Part shown: in pieces, positions 24,447 through 32,000 of the stretch
Position numbering within the stretch: the stretch's first letter is position 1
Layout of the letters: each line of letters starts with the position of its first letter
Assembly (NCBI RefSeq): GCF_005696695.1
Contig: NZ_CP040006.1
Coordinates: 2,130,001-2,162,000 of the forward strand
Length of the DNA: 32,000 nucleotides
Direction of reading: 5' to 3'
Source of the DNA: Schaalia odontolytica
Lineage (GTDB): Bacteria > Actinomycetota > Actinomycetes > Actinomycetales > Actinomycetaceae
Made by a program: the position numbers and the translations under genes
Notes under the pieces: generated by a model
Told to the model about the DNA's origin: nothing
The model's input: the letters and a program-made list of their open reading frames with translations, nothing else
The model's database searches: none

Positions 24447-25031
24447 TCACTGCAGGGGCTGGCCCTGAGCGTCGTAGGCGTAGGAGCCGGAACGCATGAG
24501 GAGCATGATGAACTCGATGAACGCCCAGATGCCGGAGATGGGCGCGCCGATGAGAGTGATCGTCAGAACCACCTGAATAATGCCCTTCGTGGTGTAGCCC
24601 AGGTAGAAGTTGTGACCGCCGAAGCCACCCAGGAAGAAAGCCAGGAGCACGGCGACAATCCACTGCTTGGGGGCGGTACCGAAGACGGGCTGACCGTAGG
24701 CCTGCTGGCCGTAGCCGGGCTGGCCGTAGGCCTGCTGGCCGTAAGCCTGCTGGCCGGCCGCGTAGGCCGCCTGCTCGTAGCCGGGCTGACCGTAAGCACC
24801 CTGAGCGTTCGCGTCGGGGCCGGGGACGCCGTAGCTCGGCTGCTCGGCCTGGGCGTAGGAGTCGGCCGCGGGAGCGTCGTACGCAGTGCCGTAGGTCGTC
24901 GCACCGGGGGTCGCCGTGGCCTCGTCGTAAGCGGGGGCAGAGGTCTGGGGGAAGGCGGGTGCCTCGGGGGCGGGGACCTGGGCGGCATCCTCGGGCTGGT
25001 AGGGGGTGGCCTGCGGATCAGGCGTCGTCAT
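24447..25031 (-). CDS. TM2 domain-containing membrane protein with a Q/Y/G/A-rich repetitive N-terminal region (194 aa)
   Basis: C-terminal TM2 domain (AVLLAFFLGGFGGHNFYLGYTTKGIIQVVLT..IWAFIEFIML). The N-terminal region contains QAYGQQAYGQPGYGQQAYGQP repeats. The start is set at ATG 25031, which has a GAAAGG RBS; the track ORF starts 23 codons upstream. Confidence 0.8.
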   Translation of the reverse strand: MTTPDPQATPYQPEDAAQVPAPEAPAFPQTSAPAYDEATATPGATTYGTAYDAPAADSYAQAEQPSYGVPGPDANAQGAYGQPGYEQAAYAAGQQAYGQQAYGQPGYGQQAYGQPVFGTAPKQWIVAVLLAFFLGGFGGHNFYLGYTTKGIIQVVLTITLIGAPISGIWAFIEFIMLLMRSGSYAYDAQGQPLQ

Positions 25032-25172
25032 GGGAAAGCCTTTCGATAGACGTGGGGGCCGAAATGGCCTGACTGGTACAGGGTAGCGTGCGGTCGGCAT
25101 TCAGTGGTAACCGGTCCACCCCGACCCATCCCTGATTAATCCCGGAGCGACCCGAGCGGGTATAGAAGAAGT

Positions 25173-25201
25173 GCGGGGCCCGGCATGTTGCCGGGCCCCG
25201 C
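25173..25201. terminator. Terminator hairpin between the two TM2 genes
   Basis: GCGGGGCCCGGCA-TGT-TGCCGGGCCCCGC, a perfect 13-bp stem about 45 nt downstream of the upstream TM2 gene stop. Confidence 0.7.
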
Positions 25202-25245
25202 GCGTGACGTTGTTAGCGCGCGCGTAATGCGCGCACAGGCACAAC

Positions 25246-25560
25246 TCAGACGGTGGGAACGCCGTTGGCGTCCTTCTCGTAGATCCACTTGCCCAGGAAG
25301 GTCATGATGGCCACGACGAGCAGAACGACGGCCCACGCGTAGTAGAGCAGGCTGAAGATGGTCGAGATGAAGCCAAGATCCAGGACGGTCGGCACCACGA
25401 GCACGAGGGAGATGACGATCTTGTAGATGGCGTACTGGGTGTAGCCGAGGTAGAAGTCACCAATGCCGAAGCCGCCGAGGAAAAGGTTGAGAAGGCCAGC
25501 GATGACGCGGGACTTACCCTGGACGGGGGCGTTGTAGCCGGGCTGCTGAGGAGCGGACAT
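25246..25560 (-). CDS. TM2 domain-containing membrane protein (104 aa)
   Basis: GLLNLFLGGFGIGDFYLGYTQYAIYKIV... is a TM2 motif. The start is set at ATG 25560, which is preceded by AGGAGA. Confidence 0.8.
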   Translation of the reverse strand: MSAPQQPGYNAPVQGKSRVIAGLLNLFLGGFGIGDFYLGYTQYAIYKIVISLVLVVPTVLDLGFISTIFSLLYYAWAVVLLVVAIMTFLGKWIYEKDANGVPTV

Positions 25561-25725
25561 GTTGTCTCCTATGTATTGATGGGACCCCACATGGGGTGTT
25601 TTGAAAACACGGTCAGACTAGCGGACCGTTTTAAATTTGACAACAATCGCCCATTTTTATGTAGCAGATCACAGGTTAATTCCTTTCGTTCGTCACGATG
25701 AAGTTTTGTTCCATAGACTGACTGA

Positions 25726-26649
25726 GTGTTCATAAATCCAACGGCGGAGGCCACACGAGCACTCCACTGCGACCTGCCCCATTGGTTCGCGACGCACAAG
25801 CGCGACCTACCAATGCGCGCAGCCGACGTCTCTGACTGGGGGACCCTCGTCTTTGAGATCATGAGCCAGCAGACGCCCATCGCACGCGTCCAGCCGATCT
25901 GGCTCGAATGGATGGAACGCTGGCCCACCCCGGAGGACGTGGCGGCCGCGTCCTCCGCCGACATCATTGTTGCCTGGGCAAACCTTGGATACCCCTCCCG
26001 CGCCCTGCGCCTCAAGGCCTGCGCGGCCGCGATCGTCGAGAAGCACGGCGGAGAGGTCCCCCTCTCCCTCAAAGAGCTGACGCTCCTGCCGGGCGTCGGC
26101 ACCTACACCGCGTCCGCGCTGCTCGCGTTCCGCCACGGAATCCGCGTGCCGGTCCTGGACACGAACGTCCGTCGCGTGCTGGTCAGATTTCTGGACGGCC
26201 GTGAGTTTCCTCCCCACACCACTCCCTCGAAAGCGGAAACAATGCGGGCCGATGCAATTTTGCCCGAAGACGGGCACCACGCGGCCGAGGTGAGTTTGTC
26301 TCTCATGGAATTCGGGGCTCTGGTCTGCACGCAGCTCAGCCCCTCCTGCGACGAGTGCACGATCCACGCAAACTGCGCGTGGGCCACCGCCGGATTCCCC
26401 AAGGACGAGAAGCGACCCACGCCCCAGCCCTACGCGGGCACCGACCGCCAGGCGCGCGGACGCATCATGAAGGCCCTGCGCACCGCTCACTTCGAGGGCA
26501 CGGACGGCCTCACTAAGCGCAAAGTCCTCGACGCCGCCCGCATTGACGGGGGCGACCGCTACCAGCCCACCCGCGTCTACCGGGCACTCCTGAAGGACGG
26601 CATGATCATCTACGACCAGGACACGAATCGAGTCACCCTCCCTCGATGA
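25726..26649 (+). CDS. mutY: A/G-specific adenine DNA glycosylase (307 aa, GTG start uncertain)
   Basis: HhH-GPD core (FEIMSQQTPIARV, LPGVGTYTASALLAF, VLDTNVRRV) and a 4Fe-4S cluster loop CTQLSPSCDECTIHANC. Confidence 0.88.
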   Translation: MFINPTAEATRALHCDLPHWFATHKRDLPMRAADVSDWGTLVFEIMSQQTPIARVQPIWLEWMERWPTPEDVAAASSADIIVAWANLGYPSRALRLKACAAAIVEKHGGEVPLSLKELTLLPGVGTYTASALLAFRHGIRVPVLDTNVRRVLVRFLDGREFPPHTTPSKAETMRADAILPEDGHHAAEVSLSLMEFGALVCTQLSPSCDECTIHANCAWATAGFPKDEKRPTPQPYAGTDRQARGRIMKALRTAHFEGTDGLTKRKVLDAARIDGGDRYQPTRVYRALLKDGMIIYDQDTNRVTLPR

Positions 26650-26729
26650 CTCCATAGGCAGGAACGAGGCAGGGGCCCCTTCACCCGAGGACCGCGGTCC
26701 CGGGAGGGAGCCACGGCCTCGTCTGTGCA

Positions 26730-28061
26730 TCAGTAGCGGATCGCGTCAATCGGTTTGATGCGCACCGCCGCGAGCGCTGGGATGATGCCGCACAGGGCAC
26801 CGATGCTCGTGGAGATGGCGACGCCCGCGATGGCAGCACCGGCGGGGAATGCCGGGGTGTCGCTGAGCGTGACGCCCAGGGCCTCGAGGGGCAGGAATCG
26901 CACGACAACGACCGCGATGCCCACGCCGATGACGCCCGCGACGAATGTCGCGACGACCGACTCCATGAAGACGGCGAAGAAGACGCGCGCCGCGGAGGCG
27001 CCGACGGCGCGGCGGATACCGATCTCGCGCACGCGCTGGCGCACTGTCACGATGGCGACGTTGAGCAGGCCGAGGGCACCTAGGAACACGATGATGCCGC
27101 CGATGACCATGATGACGTTGGAGATGGTGCCCAGCTGCTCCTCGCCGATGTCCTCATGCTCGCCGCCGGAGACGGAGACCTTCCACCCCTCGCCGAGGAT
27201 CGAGGCCAGGGCGCGCGGCAGGGTCTCGCGGGCCTGGTCGGCGTTCTCGGTGCCCACCCAGGCGATCATGGCCGGGGAGGTCATCTGCGGGAAGGAGACG
27301 CGCGCCGCGTCGTAATGCGCGAACACTGTGGGCATGTCGAAGGAGCTCTTCGACTTGGTGACGCCGACGACGCGCATCGCGACGCCGTCGCTCGTGTGCA
27401 GGACGATCGGCACCTGATCGATAGGGGCGCGCCCCAGCTGCTCCCAGAGAGTCTGCGAAATGACGACAGGAATCAGGCGCTGGTCGGCGTCGCTGCTCTC
27501 GACCCAGCGTCCCGCGAGCATGCGGGTGCGGTAGATGACCGCATAGGAGGGGTCCACGCCCTGGAACGCGACGCCGTCAACCATGTCGCCGATCTTCGTC
27601 AGGGGGTATCCGCGGAATTGCCCACTGGCCCTGGCCTGGCGGGTTTCGACGATCTCACCACCCCCGCTGGAAAAGCGCGACCAGTAGTGAATGTCCGTGC
27701 GTTCGGCCAGGGTGCCCATGGCCTCGCCGATGGTGTCCTTTTCGTCGGGTCGCTTCGCCGTCTGCGCGCCGGTGGCCGCGGCGGGATCGGACGCGTCCTG
27801 ATATGGACCGCCAGCCGCCGGTCCTTCCGGGGCGTTCGAGGAGCTTTCGGGGGTCAGGCGCAGGGTGACCGAGCGCCCCTCGTAGAGTTCCGCCAACTCG
27901 CGCGAGGACTGCAGGAGCAGGTCGCCGAGCGCGATGACGATCGTCATGGCGGCGACGGCCGCGACCACACCCACGAGGGAGAGGACGACGCGCGCCTTCT
28001 GGACCTTGACCTCGCCCCAGGCCTCGATGAGCGCACCCAGGATCTGACTAACGGCGTTCAC
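26730..28061 (-). CDS. ABC transporter permease, FtsX/MacB type (443 aa)
   Basis: An N-terminal TM helix is followed by a large extracytoplasmic domain and a C-terminal FtsX 3-TM bundle (REIGIRRAVGASAARVFFAVF...). There is a 4-nt overlap with the upstream ATPase gene. Confidence 0.9.
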   Translation of the reverse strand: MNAVSQILGALIEAWGEVKVQKARVVLSLVGVVAAVAAMTIVIALGDLLLQSSRELAELYEGRSVTLRLTPESSSNAPEGPAAGGPYQDASDPAAATGAQTAKRPDEKDTIGEAMGTLAERTDIHYWSRFSSGGGEIVETRQARASGQFRGYPLTKIGDMVDGVAFQGVDPSYAVIYRTRMLAGRWVESSDADQRLIPVVISQTLWEQLGRAPIDQVPIVLHTSDGVAMRVVGVTKSKSSFDMPTVFAHYDAARVSFPQMTSPAMIAWVGTENADQARETLPRALASILGEGWKVSVSGGEHEDIGEEQLGTISNVIMVIGGIIVFLGALGLLNVAIVTVRQRVREIGIRRAVGASAARVFFAVFMESVVATFVAGVIGVGIAVVVVRFLPLEALGVTLSDTPAFPAGAAIAGVAISTSIGALCGIIPALAAVRIKPIDAIRY

Positions 28062-28912
28062 TGCTCACCCTCCTGCGACATCTCGGGGGACGAGGCCTGC
28101 TCGGCTTCCGGGTCACCCTCGGCGGGCGGACGCGGAGGTTCGGCCACAGCGGATTCTGAGCCCACCTGCTCAGCCCCGGCCTCGTCGCTGCCATGCCCGG
28201 CTTCCGCGCGGTGCGTGAGAGCGGCAGGGTCCTCGACCTCGTGCAGCATGCCGTCGTAGAGCTCGTAGGCGCGCTGCGCCCGAGCTGCCACCGCCATGTC
28301 GTGCGTGATGACGATGAGGGCGGCGTTGGACTCGCGGGCGACCTCCTCCAGGAGGGCCATGACGACGCGGCCCGTGTCCGGGTCGAGGGCGCCCGTCGGC
28401 TCGTCGGCGAGGATGACGCGCGGGCGGCGTACGAGGGCGCGCGCGATCGCGATGCGCTGCTGCTCGCCGCCACTCATCTCACCCGGGTAAGAGTCCGCGC
28501 GCTCGCCCAGGCCCACGCGCTCAAGCATGTCAATCGCAATCGAGCGCCTGCGCAGCAGCTGGGGGCCGGGGGCGTACAGGAGGGGAACCTCGACGTTTTC
28601 CGCGGCCGTGCGCGCCGAGAAGATGTTGAATTGCTGGAACACGAAGCCGAAGTCTTCGCCGCGCATGCGCGCGCGGCGCCCCTCGCTCAGGCGCGTGGTG
28701 TCCACGCCGTCCAGCTCGTACGTGCCCGAGGTGGGGGTATCCAGCAGGCCGATAATGTTGAGCATCGTGGACTTGCCGGTGCCCGAGCGGCCCACGATGG
28801 AGACGTGCTCGCCCTGGGCGACGTCCAGGTTGACGCCGCGCAGGATGTGCAAGTCGTCCCCGTCAGGCAGGGTCACCGTGCGGGTCACGTCCCGCAGGCA
28901 CACGAGACTCAT
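28058..28912 (-). CDS. ABC transporter ATP-binding protein, MacB/LolD-like (284 aa)
   Basis: Walker A GRSGTGKST, signature MSGGEQQRIAIARAL, Walker B ILADEPTGALD, H-loop ITHD. It has an acidic C-terminal extension. Confidence 0.95.
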   Translation of the reverse strand: MSLVCLRDVTRTVTLPDGDDLHILRGVNLDVAQGEHVSIVGRSGTGKSTMLNIIGLLDTPTSGTYELDGVDTTRLSEGRRARMRGEDFGFVFQQFNIFSARTAAENVEVPLLYAPGPQLLRRRSIAIDMLERVGLGERADSYPGEMSGGEQQRIAIARALVRRPRVILADEPTGALDPDTGRVVMALLEEVARESNAALIVITHDMAVAARAQRAYELYDGMLHEVEDPAALTHRAEAGHGSDEAGAEQVGSESAVAEPPRPPAEGDPEAEQASSPEMSQEGEQ

Positions 28913-29985
28913 TGCGTGCCCGCCGTGCCGCCCGAGCCCCCGGCCATGCCAGAGTCCATGCCGCCGTAAGGGCCGGTCTGCCCGTCCTGGTTGTCCTTGT
29001 TCGAGGTCGGGGTGAACTCCAGGATCTCCTCGCCCTCCGTCAGCCCCTCTTTGACCTCGACCATCTTGCCGTCCGTGATGCCCAGGGTGACGGCGCGCTT
29101 CTCGGGCTTGGTCGGGTCGGAGGTCGGCAGATACACGGTGCCGGACTGGTAGCGGCCCTCAACCGCGGAGATCGGCACCGCGAGGACGCCCGTCGCCGAG
29201 CCCGCCGTCATCTCGAGGGTGACCTGCAGGCCTGCGAACACCGTCTGATCGGAGGGGATCGCGCAGCGGGCCTTCAGGTCCGTCGAGGAAGAGGCGCCGT
29301 TATCGGACCCGGCATTCGCCTTGGGATCCTGCGCCTTGCCGGTCGGGCTCACCAGCTTGACGCCCGAGCACTCGAAGGGCGCGGGGCCGTTCTTAATGGT
29401 GACGGTCGCGGTCGACGGGGCGTCCTGGAGGCGGTACATCTGGTCCGCGCTCAGGGAGGCGACCGCGGAGAAGGTCGCAGGCGCAATCGTCGCAACCGTG
29501 TCGCCGATCGCGAACTGCTGGCCGACGAGCACGCTCGTCGAGACTGTGCCGTCACCGGGTGAGACGACCGTCTCGTACTTGTAGGTCGGCTCGGCGGTCT
29601 CGACGCTGACGTTGCCTTCCTCATCGGTGACCTGGCGGGTCTCGCCGGGGATCTCCTTGCGGATCTGCACGATGGCGTCGCCCTTGGAGATCTTGTCGCC
29701 GTCGTTGACGAAGGTGCGCACGACGTTGCCGTCCAGGGTCGCGCGGGCAACGACCGGCTCGTCGGCCTGGATCGTACCCGTCACACTCACGGTGTTCGTG
29801 ATGTCGGCGCGGCCCACCTCGATCGTCATCTGCCCGAAGTTGCCGCCCGGGTCCATGCCGTCAGTGCTCTTATCCTCCTGCGCGGCAGGAAAGAACGCGA
29901 ACTTCACCAAGGCCACGGCAATAACTACCCAGGCAAGAACCTTGACGATGTCGAGCACCTGGGCGGTGCGGGTCTTGTGTGCCAC
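28909..29985 (-). CDS. Efflux adaptor / HlyD-MacA-like membrane-fusion protein (358 aa, GTG start)
   Basis: N-terminal TM anchor, a lipoyl/beta-barrel-like repeat pattern (GDKISKGDAIVQI, GDTVATIAP) and a Gly-rich C-terminus. The GTG at 29985 is preceded by GAAGGAGA; the track ORF starts 18 codons upstream. Confidence 0.8.
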   Translation of the reverse strand: MAHKTRTAQVLDIVKVLAWVVIAVALVKFAFFPAAQEDKSTDGMDPGGNFGQMTIEVGRADITNTVSVTGTIQADEPVVARATLDGNVVRTFVNDGDKISKGDAIVQIRKEIPGETRQVTDEEGNVSVETAEPTYKYETVVSPGDGTVSTSVLVGQQFAIGDTVATIAPATFSAVASLSADQMYRLQDAPSTATVTIKNGPAPFECSGVKLVSPTGKAQDPKANAGSDNGASSSTDLKARCAIPSDQTVFAGLQVTLEMTAGSATGVLAVPISAVEGRYQSGTVYLPTSDPTKPEKRAVTLGITDGKMVEVKEGLTEGEEILEFTPTSNKDNQDGQTGPYGGMDSGMAGGSGGTAGTQ

Positions 29986-30148
29986 GTGCGTCTCCTTCGA
30001 TGAACGGCGTCGCCCAATTGTAAGGTGCGCCTCATTCACGCAGCAACGCTATCCCCGTCTTTTCAGGGTTTTCTCAGGGTCTATCCCGACCGCTGGGCGC
30101 AGCGCTCCCTCGCCTCTACGATGGGTAAGGAATCGACGAAAGGCAGCC

Positions 30149-30766
30149 ATGATCCGCCGCGCCACCCCCGCAGACGCCGAGGCGCTCTCCGCCCTCTCGC
30201 GCACCTGCTTCACGCAGACATTCGGGCACCTCTACGACCCCGCAGACCTGACGGCCTTCCTCGACGAGGCCTACGCGCCCAACGTCCTGCGCGCAGAACT
30301 CGAGGACCCCGACCGGGCGACGTGGCTCCTCTTCGAGGACGTGGCCGACGAGGGCTTCTCGCGGCCCGCCCCCTCCCCCGCCGACCACCCGCGCGCACCA
30401 GAACCGGGTGACGAGGCCCCGGCCTCGTCGGCGTCCCCGGCACCGATCGGCTACGTCACCGCATGCCCCGCGCACCTGCCCCACCCGGACGTGGCGCCCA
30501 GCGACGGGGAAATCCAGCGCCTCTACATCCTGCAGGGACACCAGGGCGGCGGGCGCGGCACGCTCCTCCTCAAGACGGCGCTCGAGTGGCTCGAGCGCGA
30601 CGGCCCGCGCCCCCTGTGGATCGGCGTGTGGAGCGAAAACTACAGGGCGCAGCGCTTCTACGCGCGGCACGGCTTCGAGATCGTTGGCGACTACTCGTTC
30701 ATGGTGGGCGACCACGCCGACCATGAACTCATCACTCGACGTCTCCCGCGAGCGCTCGACGCATAA
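30149..30766 (+). CDS. GNAT family N-acetyltransferase (205 aa)
   Basis: MIRRATPADAEAL... together with the acetyl-CoA binding motif QGHQGGGRGTLLLKTAL and NYRAQRFYARHGFE. The track ORF from 29612 is an antisense read-through of the adaptor gene. Confidence 0.85.
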   Translation: MIRRATPADAEALSALSRTCFTQTFGHLYDPADLTAFLDEAYAPNVLRAELEDPDRATWLLFEDVADEGFSRPAPSPADHPRAPEPGDEAPASSASPAPIGYVTACPAHLPHPDVAPSDGEIQRLYILQGHQGGGRGTLLLKTALEWLERDGPRPLWIGVWSENYRAQRFYARHGFEIVGDYSFMVGDHADHELITRRLPRALDA

Positions 30767-30832
30767 GTGGCGCACGCGGTACGCGCGGCGCGTCATCACC
30801 TCAGGCATTCGCGCCGACACTGGTAGACGAAA

Positions 30833-30861
30833 GGGCCCCGAGGCGTGATGCCTCGAGGCCC
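30833..30861. terminator. Hairpin between the convergent GNAT and trxA genes
   Basis: GGGCCCCGAGGC-GTGAT-GCCTCGAGGCCC, 12 bp with one mismatch. Confidence 0.55.
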
Positions 30862-30881
30862 TCTCGGTTAGTAACGAGTCG

Positions 30882-31247
30882 TCACTTCTGCTCAGACTCG
30901 GCGATCTTCTTGCGCACGTCATCCATGTCCAGGTTCTGGATCTGGGAGATCAGGTCCTCCAGGGCAGACAGCGGCAGGGCGCCGGACTGACGGAACACTG
31001 CGATGCCATCACGGAAGGCCATCAGGGTCGGGATCGAGGTGATCTGCGCGGCCATCGCCAGCTGCTGCTGATCGTCAGTGTCGATCTTGCCGAACACGAT
31101 GTCCGGGTACTTCTCGGAGGCCTCTTCGAAGATGGGGCCGAACTGACGGCACGGGCCGCACCAGGTCGCCCAGAAATCCACCAGGACAATGCCGTCGGCG
31201 GACACGGTCTGCTCGAAGTTCTCCTGCGTAAGGGTAACGGTAGCCAT
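30882..31247 (-). CDS. trxA: Thioredoxin (121 aa)
   Basis: Active site WCGPC in the context VLVDFWATWCGPCRQF. Confidence 0.95.
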   Translation of the reverse strand: MATVTLTQENFEQTVSADGIVLVDFWATWCGPCRQFGPIFEEASEKYPDIVFGKIDTDDQQQLAMAAQITSIPTLMAFRDGIAVFRQSGALPLSALEDLISQIQNLDMDDVRKKIAESEQK

Positions 31248-31342
31248 GATTCTCCTCTTGTCGCCGGCTTATCCGACGGTCGTTGGGGCGGGCCCGTGGG
31301 GCCTCGCGTGAACTGTCTTATTCAACGGGCGTGGTGCGCCCT

Positions 31343-31981
31343 CTATTCCCCCGAAGCGAGAGAGGAAGCGGTGACGTGACGCACATTCTCCTCCGAGGCG
31401 CCCAAGCCTCGCAAAATAAAGGCCTCCACCAGGGCGAGCGCCGACTCCCGATGCTCAGGATCCTTCGGGAGGCGCTGCCCCTGCAGGGTCGCATGGATCA
31501 GATGAACCGCACCGAGGGTATTCTGCTCGACGATCAGCCCGCGCTCCATGGCCTCGTCGAGAATGCCGATGAGGACCTCACCCACGAGGCCAGCATGATC
31601 ATGCAGATGCGAGGCGCCCTGGCCGGACATCTGGCGACGCAGGCCCATGCCGGCCTTCACGTGATAGCGGCCGATCATCTGCAGGTGGGAGCGGATATAG
31701 ACGCGCAGGCGCATGAGGGGATCCGGCTCAGCCTCGAGGCGCTGCGTCAGGACCCGCGCAAACTCACTGGTCACCTCGCGCATGTAGGCAAGCAGAAGCA
31801 CCTCTTTGTCCGCGAAGTGGTTGTAGACCGCCGTGCGCCCAACGCCCGCACGTTCGGCGATCTGACTCATGGTGATCGACTCGAAGGACTGCTCCCCCAT
31901 CAGCGATCCCAGGGCCTCAAACAGGCGCGTACGGGTCAGCTCGCGGTGAGAGGCGAGGGACTCCCCAATAATCTTCGGCAT
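31343..31981 (-). CDS. TetR/AcrR family transcriptional regulator (212 aa)
   Basis: N-terminal HTH ITMSQIAERAGVGRTAVYNHFADKE and a helical C-terminal ligand domain. Confidence 0.88.
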   Translation of the reverse strand: MPKIIGESLASHRELTRTRLFEALGSLMGEQSFESITMSQIAERAGVGRTAVYNHFADKEVLLLAYMREVTSEFARVLTQRLEAEPDPLMRLRVYIRSHLQMIGRYHVKAGMGLRRQMSGQGASHLHDHAGLVGEVLIGILDEAMERGLIVEQNTLGAVHLIHATLQGQRLPKDPEHRESALALVEAFILRGLGASEENVRHVTASSLASGE

Positions 31982-32000
31982 GCGCTTATTCTGACACCTT

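Noticed and set aside
22193-24499. 768-aa + strand ORF spanning the dcd and hypothetical genes
   Set aside because: It is an R/G-rich shadow. The opposite strand encodes an unmistakable dCTP deaminase.

Overview
High-GC actinobacterial chromosome segment; gene content and the Cas9 sequence look Actinomyces/Schaalia-like. Core genes are a giant MscS-type channel, a tRNA-Glu/Asp/Phe cluster, purM-purF, an Rv0338c-like membrane Fe-S oxidoreductase, mop, dcd, two TM2 proteins, mutY, a MacAB-like ABC exporter trio, a GNAT, trxA and a TetR. They flank an accessory segment of about 4.1-12.95 kb that starts right after tRNA-Phe. That segment holds an LAxTG-anchored surface protein, a decayed non-coding zone and a complete type II-C CRISPR-Cas locus. 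The locus runs on the minus strand as cas9 (Actinomyces naeslundii Cas9-like, 1147 aa), cas1 and cas2, followed by an array of 17 x 36-nt repeats with 16 uniform 28-nt spacers. Main observations from reading the sequence: (1) every repeat ends in an extended -10 box (TGATATACT) on the + strand, suggesting Neisseria-style repeat-embedded promoters and crRNAs transcribed convergently with the cas operon. (2) A predicted tracrRNA lies immediately upstream of cas9 on the same strand, with anti-repeat, AAGG nexus-like motif and a 12-bp terminator hairpin. (3) A second, promoter/terminator-bounded structured RNA candidate with a weaker anti-repeat-like segment lies at the cas-distal end of the array. 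(4) Type I-E-like palindromic repeat relics sit at 60-nt and 305-nt (5 x 61) spacing beside a truncated gene remnant. (5) There is a compositional step between cas9 (about 50% GC) and cas1-cas2 (about 60-65%), and a GC shift between the two oldest spacers and the rest. Many long ORFs in the six-frame track are antisense shadows typical of high-GC DNA and were rejected. All homology statements come from motif recognition by eye; no database search was run.
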